From: Hypanus sabinus
Taxonomy: Eukaryota
Length of the DNA stretch: 64,000 nt
NCBI RefSeq assembly: GCF_030144855.1
Contig: NC_082731.1
Span: forward strand, 26,164,001 to 26,228,000
Direction of reading: 5' to 3'
The notes below the pieces were generated by a model. That model had not been told where the DNA came from and ran no database searches. It saw only the letters and a list, made by a program, of their open reading frames with translations. The translations under genes and the position numbers were made by a program. Positions 1 through 11,880 of this stretch are shown here, one piece after another. How positions within the stretch are numbered: position 1 is the first letter of the stretch; each line of letters starts with the position of its first letter.

Positions 1-494
1 ATTTGGGCTTGTGTTATAGCTATCAGGCAGAGAAACGCACAATGTTTTGTATAGAACGTCCCGTCGCAGGCTGATTGCATCAACCACATGGATAACAAGG
101 ATTACTACAACACATGGGGTATTTGTAAAGTTGTTTAGTTCAGGTCTAATGAAAAGTCTGGGCTGGGTTATTCTTTGAGAGAACATTATATTTACACACT
201 CATATTTTGCAGCATGGCCCAGCTAACAGCTGTGAGCTGTGCCAAGTAAGTGTGAGCATCCTCTTCTTCTGGTAAATGTATATGTTTGTTTGTTTGTTTG
301 TTTTTTTTTTGTTGCTGGCTGTTAGCTAATAGCAGGGAGAGAAACTGGCCATAGAAATAAAGTCACTTAAAGTTCATTCCAAGGGGAACTGTAACCCACC
401 CATGTAGCGACTGCATTGAACACGAAATTCGAGACCTCTTTGCACAATGGCTCAACTCGTAGTGTTGTTACTTCATTAAGAAAGAAACCAAGGC

Positions 495-600
495 TCAATA
501 CTGAACTCGGTGCAGCATTCATGGAGTCTTCACACTCTCCCTGTGACCACGAGGGATTCCTCTGGGTGTCTGTTCCTATTGCCCCTCCCAACTTCCAAAT
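495..600 (+). mobile_element. Decayed tRNA-derived SINE (HE1/MER6-like) fragment
   Basis: atggagtcttcacactctccctgtgaccacgagggattcctctgggtg resembles the HE1/MER6-type core tggagtttgcacgttctccctgtgaccgcgtgggtttcctccgggtg. Related copies are at about 15400 and 17825. Confidence 0.5.
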
Positions 601-3600
601 GTCATGAAGATTTTCAGTTTAATTGAACATTCCAAATTATTCTCTGTGGCTCAGTGAGCTGCAGAATATTAGGTGAGTTAACGGGAGATTGCAGTGAGGT
701 CTGTGAAGATCTAATGCAGGGTAATTAGAATTGGATCTGCGCAAAAGCATTGTAAATACCTGGTTAAAGATCAGCGGGATGTCACTAGGCCGAAGAACTT
801 CTGTTGGTGTCCATTTTTCTATGACTATGTTGCTGCAGCAAAACAAGAATAAATCCAACATGAATTCCTTTTGTCTTCGCACCTTTCATATATATTTCCA
901 ATATTCTCTCCTATCCTATTTATGTTCTTTAGAGTTAAATTCACCTGGAACGTTACTCCTTATATACTTTTTGTAATATTCTTGGACCTAACTGCTTTGC
1001 ATTTGAATCTTAAAAACGTCTTCCCACGCCCCTCTTTCAACTATTTTAATTATATCCTGTTACCAGCCAACTGCTACTGAAAATAACATTCCTTGCTTTA
1101 TTTTCTCAGATTACTTTTAAACTGAAGCTAAAGGATCATGTTTCAGTGAAATGTGTTTGCTGTGAAATATTCAGTATGTCAGAAAATTTTCATAAATGTG
1201 CTCGAAGAATTAGCAGTTCGTGTAGTGGGTGTGGAGGAAGAAACAGGTTTATCATTTTAGGTCGATGAATTTTCATCGCTTGCTCTTTCAGCAGCCGTGA
1301 CTGGAATATTCACAGCTATTGCCAGCAGAATAAAAGGCAGCCAGCTGATAAGTTCATACGCTGAATTGTTGCGTATTGAGAAACTATTCAATGTACCTCT
1401 GTCAAAGCAGTAAAGTGTTAAGAAAGAGTAAATTTTACATCAGTAAACACAGCTGATTGTAGAGAATAACTTCTCTACTTACTAGCTTGTAAAGCTCCAT
1501 AGGTCCTGGAATCGTATGGCCGTAAATATAACACTCTCCCGCACACCCACCTCCACCCACACCGACGTTTGATAGGGAAAGAGAGAAAATTAAAACTGAC
1601 AACTGAATGTAAGGCTTGATAACCGTAGTCGATTAAAAAAATGTTGCCAGGAAAGTGCAATAGTTTATATAAATAAGTTGCAAGGCTGCGATGAGATAGA
1701 TTGAGGGGTCAAGATTCCATTATATTGTACAAGAGCAAAAATTAAAGGAGATGTTTTAAATTAACCATTGTGCTAATGGTTTCCAATTAAATGTTGGTTT
1801 ATTCTATTCGTTCTGTAAGTGATGTGTTCAGACAGGGTGTTGAATCTGAACATAATAAAATATGAGGCATTCACTAGCAGGCAGGATATGGAAGAACGGA
1901 ATCTAACTTCTATGCCAAAGAACGTAAAGTAAAGGGATTTCAATTCCATCAAATAATTTGGAAGAAAAGGTTGAAATGAAGCATAATAAGAAATTGTCAA
2001 ATGAAGTGTGGAAAACTGATATAAACTGGAATTACGTTAGCCTGAGTTTGTTATATTTCTGAGCTTGTCCATAGTACGCAAGTAGGTCTGTCTGTCATTT
2101 CAGGGAATGCCCTCTCAGAGAAATGCCACTAAATGCACTTTCCAAGTTATTCGCTGACAACCGATTACTTTTCATATATCGATCAACTCCATCCTGTTTC
2201 TCCTCGCACAGCCTACACAGCAGGCAATTAAACTTACATTTCGATTTGTAATGTGGCAAAAAATGTGAGGAGGTATTAGGAATTGCAAAAGCCACCAAAT
2301 TCAGGAAAAATAATACCGAAATTCACAATCAAGGAAACATATTATAAGGGAGCACATTATCAAGGAGTGAATTGGGCATTAAAATCTTCAATGGATATAT
2401 ATCAAAAGTTAAAAAAAATCTCCGAGGGTATATGCTGGTGAGAATATTTTTTAATGAGAAACAAGTAAAATGCGGATAACTTATAAAAATCCTACTTGTC
2501 CGTCCTTTTTCTTAAGATGCTTCTGTGGGAAACAGTAGAACCCTGTTCCTTCTACAATAAAGGGGGGGGGGAAGGTAAAATAAATTCGTGTTAGTTAAAA
2601 AGATATCTGAGAAGCTAACCAACCTCAAAGTAACGAATTGGTAAATTAGTAAATGAGTTTATTATTATCACGTGTACTGAGGAACAAGGAAAATCTCTTT
2701 TATGTCATCGACATGGATCATTTCTATTACATTAATGCATTGAGGTAGCTGGAAGGAAAACCAATAACAGAATGCAGAATTGATGTTGTGTTTACAGAGA
2801 GAGTGCAGGCTGATAACAAGATGCAAGGTCACTAGGAAGTAAATTTTAGCGTCAAGAATCTGTTTGTCGTCTGGGGAACCGTTCATAATGTTATAACAGG
2901 GTGGGAGATAGAAGCTATCCCTTGAATCTGCTGGTATGTGCCTACAAGTTTCATATCATCTGCCAACGTGGTGTGGTGAAGGAAAATTACTGGGGTGAAA
3001 GGGGTTCTCGAATATGTTAGCTTCTTACAAAATGGGCTGCAAACACAGTTCACAGAGAGAATCATTGTTTCTTTGAAGTGATGATCTGTTTCCACCATTC
3101 TGCAGTTTATTGCGATTTCCAGCAGAGCAGTTGCAAAACCAATTGGTGACAAAGGAGACATGCAAATTTTATTTGGCCTTCCCTGGAAGTAGAGTCCCTG
3201 TTGTCCGAATGTTTATAGATTTGAAATAGATCTGCTGCCCTGCTTCATGTCTTCCAAAATACTATGGATGCTGGTGTTGAATTGAATGGTGTGGACTGGA
3301 GAGTAAACTTTCGGGGAGAGGGAGAATACCGGTAACAGCATCCATATTGTATGTTATTTTTATTTTCCAATTTGGAGCTATGGCAAATTGGCAGGCCTTC
3401 TGGTTCAACGTGACCATATGATCAATTAACCCACTAACTGAGAGAAAAGTAATATAGCTCTGAAGGTTTATCATACATCGGGTGGTAAAATTCTGGAGTG
3501 TATAACCGAGCAAATGATATGAAGCCACTTAATAGATATAATTTCGATTACGCAGAGTCAATACAGATTCAAGAAAGAAAGTTTTTGGCTGAAAAGTTAC

Positions 3601-5129
3601 GTGGAGAGCTTTGAGAAAGTATACCTTAGAATTACAAAATGGCTACAGCTCAGAAAGGGATTCGATACTACTTATACGTCCCAGCTGTCACAGCTCGACC
3701 TAGCCCTATCTTGTAACCTTATCAAATTTTCTTTATCAGTTTTTTTTTAATCTCCCATTGAGGGACGCAAAATACATTCAGGCCTTCGAAAGTCACAAAC
3801 ATATATTCCCCTCCTGAACGCATTCTGTTTCCCTTTATTTTGGTTGCCATTAACTATGTAGTATTCCTCCTGTTGACCACGAGGATCAATTTTCTATGAC
3901 CTGCTGTATTCAGACCTCTGCCGATTTATTTCCATCAAATCTCGCATCAGTATTTTATTTCGCTGACGAATCTAACCCAATTCACTTAATCTGACCTTGT
4001 AACTCCTGCCCTCAGAACAGAAAACAATACCCTAAATTTAGACCTTCTCTGATACATTCAAATCTTTCAGATAACGCAACGACTGGCAATGGTAAATAAG
4101 ATTCTATTAAGCCGAACCAGTGTTTTATAAAGTTACCACTGACGTACTATTTATCGTCTAATGCCTTTCTCGATAAAGCTCACAATGTATGTGATTAATT
4201 AGCCATAGCTGGGCTCTCCTGCCGCGTTCACTAATTGTTGCATATCGTTTAGAATATTTTCCACTGCCTCATTCGTTCCATCAATACCTTTTACATCACA
4301 TTTCTGTCTACTTACAAATCATTAACCGCATGGCTGCCCGTTTCAGTAGACAACTTAAATCCTTTTGCATAATTTAAAATGCAGTCAAATGTTCTACTAC
4401 CTATAACTTTAGAAGATGTGGCATGCACTCAAAGAAAACTAAATTCAGCAACAAGAATTACAGGAGAACACTGGGATTTACCCTCCTCCAGTACGGAAGA
4501 AAACTATAGCCACCCACCGTTGTCTGTCCTTTTGGACAAAATAAGGAAGGAATTTGCAAAGCTGTATTTGTATTTTAAAATGGAGCGCTTTAATGATCAA
4601 GAATGGACGTTGGTGAACAAAATCAGACAAATGCATTTGTCGGGAATTTATTAGGGTTGAATGCGAGTTGGTTATAGATAAAACGCAGAGGATGGGAATA
4701 CACGGGTCTTTCTCAGACCTGCCGGCTGTGGTTGGCGATGTTACGCAGGAACCAATGATTGGTTCAGCGCGCGTTCAGGGCCCAGGCTTCTCTTACTTGT
4801 CGGCATTTATATTCCCTTAATTTCGTAAGAGGATGGAGTGGGGCACTTCATTTCTTTCCATTGCAAAGCGGCTACCAAAGACATGTCCACAATACCGGTG
4901 GAAGTAGACTTAGAGGAGTGTGCCCGGAAATAAAAGAAAATTGGCCTAGTATTTCCAGGTGAGAATAGCGAGACTTCACGAGGGGACTACTCAGTATATA
5001 TACTTTTTATATATATTTTTTATATTTTTTTTTTCATCGAGAATGTCCTACCAGTATTGGTAATGGTGATTCAGCACAGCTGATGAGGTGACAGGATAAA
5101 TGGCTGCTTTGTACCAGATGGTGTCGAGC

Positions 5130-5650
5130 TTTTTGGTAGAGAGAGAGGGCGAGATAGAGATAGGTAGAGAGCGGAGAAGCGAGGAAAAGGGAGGGTAAGA
5201 CAAATATACGCATACAGAGTGTNNNNNNNNNNNNNNNNNNNNNNNNNNNNNNNNNNNNNNNNNNNNNNNNNNNNNNNNNNNNNNNNNNNNNNNNNNNNNN
5301 NNNNNNNNNNNNNNNNNNNNNNNNNNNNNNNNNNNNNNNNNNNNNNNNNNNNNNNAAGAGAGGGAATGCCAACCATACAAATACAGAGTGAGTAAGTGAG
5401 TGAGTGAGTGAGGGAGGGAGAGATAGATAGATAGGAAGATGGAGAGATTAAAAAGAGATACAGATAGATAAATAGAAATACAGATATAGACAGAGAGAAG
5501 GAAAGATGAATATACACGTACAGAGTGATGGAGAGATAGATAAAAAGGCGACAAATAGATGAATAGACGTATAGCTAGAGACATATCTATTTCTGACTGT
5601 GGTGCAGTGAGGGATGGAAGGAGAAATAAAGGGGTAGAGAGAGAAAAAAA
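5130..5650. repeat. Compound purine-rich microsatellite (GA/GATA/GAGT) containing a 133-N assembly gap (5223-5355)
   Basis: Runs such as gagtgagtaagtgagtgagtgagtg, agatagatagataga and gagagag flank the N block. Confidence 0.9.
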
Positions 5651-5872
5651 GAAAGGCAGCGAGAGACGGAGATGTATGTCTTGTCAGTGCTGGCATTCGC
5701 TAGAGTTAGGGAACAGAGGGGTATTCATTAAAACTCATACAATCCTGGGGAGCGAGAAGATGCGGGCAACGTGTTCCCTGGGATATTGTAAAGGTCAATA
5801 AAAATGTGTCTTCCTCTTGGAAGCTCCAAAATTGTTCAAACAACAATCGGATCTTCTTTTTAATAAATGACT

Positions 5873-7860
5873 ATAGAACATAGAACATAGAATAGTATCG
5901 CAAATTACAGATCCTTCGGCTCACAATGTTGTGCTGACACTCAAAACCTGCTTAAATTATAACCCTCCACCTTAAATTCCTCCATATACCTGTCTAGTAG
6001 TCTCTTAAACTTCACTAGTGTATCTGCCTCCACCACTGACTCAGGCAGTGCATTCCACTCACCAACCACTCTCTGAGTGAAAAACCTTCCTCTAATATCC
6101 CCCTTAAACTTCCCTGCCCTTAACTTAAAGTAATGTTCTCTTGTACTGAGCAGTGGTGCCCTGGGGAAGAGGCGCTGGCTGTCCACTCTGTCTATTCCTC
6201 TTAATATCTTGTCCACCTCTATTACGTCTCCTCTCATCCTCCTTCTCTCCCAACAGTAAAGCCCTAGCTCCCTTAATCTCTGATCATAATCCATACTCTA
6301 GAAAACAGACAACATCCTGGTAAATATCCTCTGTACCCTTTCCAATGCTTCCACATCCTTCCTATAGTGAGGCGACCAGAACTGGACACAGTACTCCAAG
6401 GGTGGCCTAACTAGAGTTTTATAGAGCTGCATCATTACATCGCGACTCTTAAACTCTATCCCTCGACTTATGAAAGCTAGCACCCCATAAGCTTTCTTAA
6501 CTACGCTATGTATCTGTGAGGCAACTTTCAGGAATCTGTGGACATGTACCCCCAGATCCCCCTGCTTCTCCACACTACCAAGTATCCTGCCATTTACTTT
6601 GTACTCTGCCTTGGAGTTTGTCCTTCCAAAGTGTACCACCTCACACTTCTCCGGGTTGAACTCCATCTGCCACTTCTCAGACCACTTCTGCATCCTATCA
6701 ATGTCTCTCTGCAATCTTCGACAATCCTCTACATTATCTACAACACCACCAACATAAAGGTCGGCAAGCTTGCAAACCCACCCTTCTACCACCACATCCA
6801 GGTTGTTAATAAAAATCGCTAAAGGTAGAGGATCGAGAACAGATCCTTGTGGGACACTACTAGTCACAAGCCTTCAATCTGAATATAAGCCCTCCACTAC
6901 AACCCTCTGCCTTCTTCAGTCAAGCCAACTCTGAATCCACCTGGCCAAATTTTCTTGGATCCCATGCTTCTAACATTCTGAATAAGCCTACCATGTGGAA
7001 CCTTGTCAAATGCCTTATTAAAATCAATGTAGATCACATCCATTGCACTACCCTCATCTATATGCTTGGTCTTCTCCTCAAATAACTCTATCAGGCTTGT
7101 TAGGCACGATCTGCCCTTCACAATGCCATGCTGACTGTCCCTGATCAGACCATGATTCTCTAAATTCCCATAGATCCTATCTCTAAGAATCTTTTCCAAC
7201 GGCTTTCCCACCACAGACGTAAGGCTCACGGGTTATAATTACCCGGACTATCCCTGCTACAACTTTTGAACAAAGGGACAACATTCGCCTCCCTCCAAAC
7301 CTCCGGTAGCATTCCCGTGGACAACGAGGACATAACGACCCTAGCCAGAGGCTCAGCAATCTCTTCCCTCCCCACGTGAAGCAGCCTGTGGAATATTCCG
7401 TCAGGCCCCAGGGACTTATCCGTCCTAATGTATTTTAACAACTCCAACACCTCCTCTCCCTTAATAACAACATGCTCTAGAACATCAAACTCACTGATGT
7501 TGTCCTCACCGTCATCAAGTACCCTCTCACTGGTGAATACCGAAGAGAAGTATTCATTGAGGACCTCGCTCACTTCTTCAGCCTCCAGGCACATCTTCCC
7601 ACTTTTATCTCTAATTGGTCCTAACTTTACTCCTGTCATCCTTTTGTTCTTCATATAATTGAAGAATACCTTGCGGTTTTCCTTTACCCTACTCGCCAAG
7701 GCCTTCTCATGCCCCCTTCTTCCTTTTCTCAGCCCCTTCTTAAGCTCCTTTCTTGCTACCTTATATTCCTGAATAGTCCCATCTGATCCTTGCTTCCTAA
7801 ACCTCATGTATGCTGCCTTCTTCCACGTGACTAGATTTTCCACTTCACTTGTCACCCATG
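5873..7860 (-). mobile_element. 5'-truncated CR1 LINE (RT and C-terminus), frameshifted
   Basis: ORF pieces ...YIDFNKAFDKVPHGRL..., VPQGSVLDPL and ...EYCVQFWSPHYRKDVEALERVQR; (ATAGAAC)n tail at the left end. Confidence 0.95.
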
Positions 7861-8389
7861 TCTCTATCGCCTGTCTCTTATACCTAGGTCAATTGAAACT
7901 GATTTTTTTCCTTCTTAAAAAAAATAATAATCTGCTCTAGAACCAATGTCAAAGATGTCACCAGAGCTTAACAAGATAAGTGTATAATTCCAAGACTGAC
8001 TTTTTTTCCGTCCAGATAAGTCCAGAACATGGGATCAAACACCACTTAGGGCTAGACTGAGGGCGACGGTTTCCCTCACCAAAACCGTGGAATTTTCTGG
8101 AACACAATAAATTTGACGCAAATTAATATTGAAGAGGATTCACATGCAGACCCAAAAATGAAAAAAAAATCAAGTGGCGGGGAAATAATGCAAAGACGGG
8201 TTGCTGAATTTAAAATATATGGCCACAAATGGCAGAGAAGATTGAAGAGCCGAATGACATAGTCCTGGTACCACCTTCTGTGTTACAGCGTCTATGTTAC
8301 ATGTGGTTAACAAACCATGGTATAACTTAACTGCAGTCTGCCTGAGTGGACTCTGATCATTGTTTTTAATTCTTTTTCTGAAATTTTAG

Positions 8390-8704
8390 AGAAAAAGCCA
8401 GAAAAAACACCAGAAATATCAATTCTTTACCCGCCCGTGAACTCCAGTGTGAAAGGCGACGAAGTACCACCAGCAGTGTGCCTGGCCTCCAAATTTTACC
8501 CCAAGGAAGTTGAAGTCAAAATGTCTCGTAGTTCACAGTCCACATTGACCGACACAAGTGTGGTGACAGAGGACGGATATTACAGCAGTTCCAATTTCCT
8601 TCCGCCTCTTTCAAATGGTCAGAAATCAAGCATCACGTGTGAGGTCAAGCATAATAACAAACTAATCGAGCCGAAAGTCGAAGTGGTCAATCAAACTGCA
8701 CCAG
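8390..8704 (+). CDS. TRDC: T-cell receptor delta constant region, exon 1 (Ig C1 domain)
   Basis: Acceptor ttttag at 8384-8389 and donor g|gtgagt after 8704; 315 nt, phase 1 to phase 1. Translation xKKPEKTPEISILYPPVNSSVKGDEVPPAVCLASKFYPKEVEVKMSRSSQSTLTDTSVVTEDGYYSSSNFLPPLSNGQKSSITCEVKHNNKLIEPKVEVVNQTAP. Both C1 cysteines are present (AVCLASKFYPK and SITCEVKHNNK), resembling mammalian TRDC ACLVKEFYPK and SVTCSVQHDNK. The delta rather than alpha assignment is an inference from the intact F-strand C-x-V-x-H motif and the missing alpha-CPM. Confidence 0.88.
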
Positions 8705-9250
8705 GTGAGTGTTATACATTACGTGAAAAAGAATTGAATTTTGCAAATAAGAAGCATTCCTGATGCTAAAAAATCATCCTTTGCAGGGTAGCCAGGCACA
8801 TAATCTGTGTACATCCCGAGACCACAAGCAGCAATGTGATCGGGCTCAGTAAAGATTTTTAGAATGGAAATCATTTGGCCAGTACATCATTGTTGCACGA
8901 AATGTTGCAAGGGAATAGACTGGGACGTAGGTTGACTTCTCATACTGGAAGCACTTCAATAAGAGAAGTGCTTCTTTGGCATTGCTGCGTAAAAATGTGG
9001 AATGTGCACGGCAATCTGTTGGAAAATCGGAGCATTAATTCGTTCACTAATGTGCGGCGAAAGAGATATAGAGCTCTCAGTCAACACTGATTGAGCTTAA
9101 TCAATGCAAAATAATCAAAACATCGGTGAGATTATTCATGCTGAAGTGCAGTCGCAGCCTTTTGAACAGGAATGGCACTGGTAATGTCAGTAATGACAAC
9201 GAAATCGAAGTCGCGATTAATAATTCATGTTCCTTTTTTTTGCTTTGCAG

Positions 9251-9301
9251 AGACGGTCAAACCATGTGAATTATGGACAAGCAACCAAAAGATACAAACT
9301 G
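9251..9301 (+). CDS. TRDC: TCR delta constant exon 2 (connecting peptide with interchain Cys)
   Basis: Acceptor tttttttgctttgcag| and donor g|gtaatc. 51 nt, phase 1-1, in frame with exon 1: ETVKPCELWTSNQKIQT. No FETDxNLN alpha-CPM motif. Confidence 0.85.
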
Positions 9302-9388
9302 GTAATCAGAGCGAAGATGGTCAACAGATATACTCAAAGCTAGATACATAATGCGCTGGTGTACACAGGAATGGGGTGGCTATAAATA

Positions 9389-9416
9389 GATACATACATA
9401 CATACATACATACATC
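9389..9416. repeat. (ATAC)n microsatellite in TRDC intron 2
   Basis: atacatacatacatacatacatacat. Confidence 0.9.
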
Positions 9417-10447
9417 CGTTCAATACTCTCCAAAAGACTTAAGCGCATATAAATAGCTGGGTTCCCTGAGACTGCTGAATAGCACTGCATTAATTGTATA
9501 TATTGAACTTCCCTGCTGCAAAAAAAAATCATGCGTAAGTAATGATAACGAAATTCTGATATGGTTCTTTATTGTAGACAGGGGTAATGGCGGGGAAAAT
9601 GAGAGAGAAGGAAGCACCAGAGATATTTTGTGTAATAATCAACTGTTAGCATCCAGCTGACCTTGCCTGGTTTCGCAGAGCAGGGTGTGTCTGCGTTAAT
9701 GCCCTCTTCCCGGCCCCGGCACTCTTTCGCTGCCACCTGTCCAACATCCCTCCCGCGGCCCTCCACCTTCGCTACTGCCAACATTCTTTGCTCCCGCCAG
9801 ATTTACAAACTTGCTCTACAATCCGAGTTAACACAATCAGTACTGTAGAAAATCATTAGGCAGCCTTGCTACATATGTGTGACTGAGATTTTTGTACAAT
9901 ACTGTACATACATACATATAGAGAGAGATAGACAGATGAATGTTTGTATTATAAGTAACATAATTAGTTGATCAGATTCACATAAAAGCTCACAATAGTT
10001 TATTAAGAATCTGAGGGGCAACCTTTTTACCCAGCATGCCGTCGATATATAGAAATACAGAATAATTCCAAACGATACCTAGAGAAAGACAGAGGGAGGG
10101 GAGAGGCAAGTTATAATGTCCAATAATACAGTTACGTGATTATTTATGTAGAATTACACTCTTCACCCAGAGGCAGGATCACACATTGGGAATAAAGGTC
10201 ACTCTTGGGAGATGGGCAGACATATGGATAGGTGGCAATGGTAGTCTATAGAAAGGCCGACATGTAGGCAGTTGTGTAATTAAATTAATGCATAAAGAAA
10301 TCATTATACGGTTTTACCGGCATAATTATATGAACTGGGAACAAGAATCCAGCAAAATACCCTCTAAAGCTGCATGAAAATTATTGAGAACTCAACACAG
10401 AAATGAAATTCTGCTGATTTGATGATTTGTTTTGAAAATCATTTTAG

Positions 10448-10558
10448 ATTTACCAAAAGAGAATTCTATGTCTTTGACGGTGATTGGTTTGCGAATTCTA
10501 TTTTTGAAGAGCATTGCATTCAACGTCATGATGACGGCCAGAGCTTGGATCATTTAAG
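10448..10558 (+). CDS. TRDC: TCR delta constant exon 3 (transmembrane and short tail, stop at 10555-10557)
   Basis: Acceptor ttttag| and donor g|gtaagg. Translation DLPKENSMSLTVIGLRILFLKSIAFNVMMTARAWII*. It carries the alpha/delta TM signature R-x4-K (LRILFLK) and the SLTVxGLR...K...FN motif. The spliced constant ORF is 158 aa and uninterrupted. Confidence 0.95.
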
Positions 10559-11584
10559 GTAAGGCTGCCTGGCATAAATTCATAGAACAGAGGCAGTTTC
10601 CTGCAAGATGTATTATATGGCAATGCTTTAAAAATCACTCTTGCGAACGCTTCTGTTCTGCACCCAACAAAGTGACCTCCACTCCATTTTCATGCAGGAC
10701 TGTGAAAGCAGTACCAAAATGTCTTCAGGTGTGACAGATTTGTCCTGTAAAAGGCGGTACTGAAGACTGTGGCCGCCTTCTCTAGAAAGTAGGGATATGT
10801 GGAGTTGTCTTACTGATAGGTGAAACATTATAATTAGGCTTTAAAGGGTAGATGGAGAGAAGAAGATCGCCTGGCTATAGATGCTGGTACCAGCGATTAA
10901 AAAAATCGGTTATGTCATTTAGTACTTGCAATCTTATTAATGCCCTTCCTGTAAATTGATGACCGTAACTGCATAAAGTACTCCGAGTGAGACCTGCCAA
11001 CTTTGTATACGTCTCCAGTATGGCATTCCAACTCCATAGACAATACTTTGATTTCTGAACACCAATGTGCCAAAATCTATCTTCATCTACTGTCCATATA
11101 TGACGTCACCAGCATGGAATTATAATGTGTATTCCCAAATCCCTCTGTTCTATCGCACTTCTCGGTGACTTACCATTCACTGTGTAAGTCCTACCCTGAT
11201 ATACCCTCCCAAATTACAACACCTCGGAATTGCTTGAAGGGCCCATTTCCGTGCACTCGGAATTTCGTTGTGTGCCTTGTGAATTATCAATAAGCAAAAG
11301 TCAGATTGTAGCTGCCAGGCAACAAAATTAAGTGGCGGCTACAAAGCATGTCAGAGTAGATTTAGGGTTTCCTGTCCTTCCCTGGTTTCCTAGAATGGCG
11401 TTGAAACCTTGAGGGGGCCTCGTGGCCATTTTTGATCCCAAATATTGGGATTTCTAAACTGTCCTTCAGGACGCTAGGCTCTTAGGAATCCGTGGTATCG
11501 AACAAGATAGAGAGGAGAATTATTGTATTCCTGAAATTAATCTTTTTGCTAATTTTCTGTATCCTTTCTTTCTTTCCCCTCCAG

Positions 11585-11880
11585 TTATCGGCGCCAGTGT
11601 TTTCTTTTAAATTCAAGTAAGAATTATTTCCGCTGGAATGAATTGGTGCTTTGACACCAACCGCTGGGAGCCCAGTGCCGGAGACTTCACATCGGAACAC
11701 TGTCCCTTTGCTATGTGCATGTGCATATTTAAATGACCGGTCCAATATTATCCAACGCTTCTAAGTTATATCTCTGTCTAATTTCTATGCAGTACCGTGA
11801 TGGAGTAGCTTTGTAGTATTTGTTGGATGCCTTAGGTCAAATATTCGTCAAAGAAAATTAAATACTCGCGTAGGCACCAT
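11585..11880 (+). other. TRDC: Probable untranslated terminal exon 4 (3' UTR) of TRDC; 3' end uncertain
   Basis: Strong 3' splice site: branch-like CTAAT at 11549-11553, tract tcctttctttctttcccctccag ending at 11584. It is the first very strong acceptor I noticed after the exon 3 donor. Candidate polyA signals ATTAAA 11857-11862 or AATAAA 12690-12695. Mammalian TRAC and TRDC also have a non-coding exon 4. Confidence 0.55.

Noticed and set aside
38-76. CACAATG heptamer as a possible RSS
   Set aside because: No nonamer at 12- or 23-bp spacing and no V or D segment before it.
222-252. Possible micro-exon or J end (gtgccaa|gtaagt)
   Set aside because: No FGxG, an in-frame TGA and no RSS.
610-675. 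CTCTGTG plus gtgagt donor as a J segment
   Set aside because: Too short, no FGxG and only a 5/9 nonamer match.
1745-1800. CATTGTG heptamer
   Set aside because: No nonamer at either spacing and no J motif after it.
367-4962. Short ORFs of the first 5 kb as genes
   Set aside because: No recognisable domains; several overlap very decayed CR1 or SINE sequence.
8437-8763. 108-aa ORF as a standalone gene
   Set aside because: It is TRDC exon 1 read from an internal GTG and through the splice donor.
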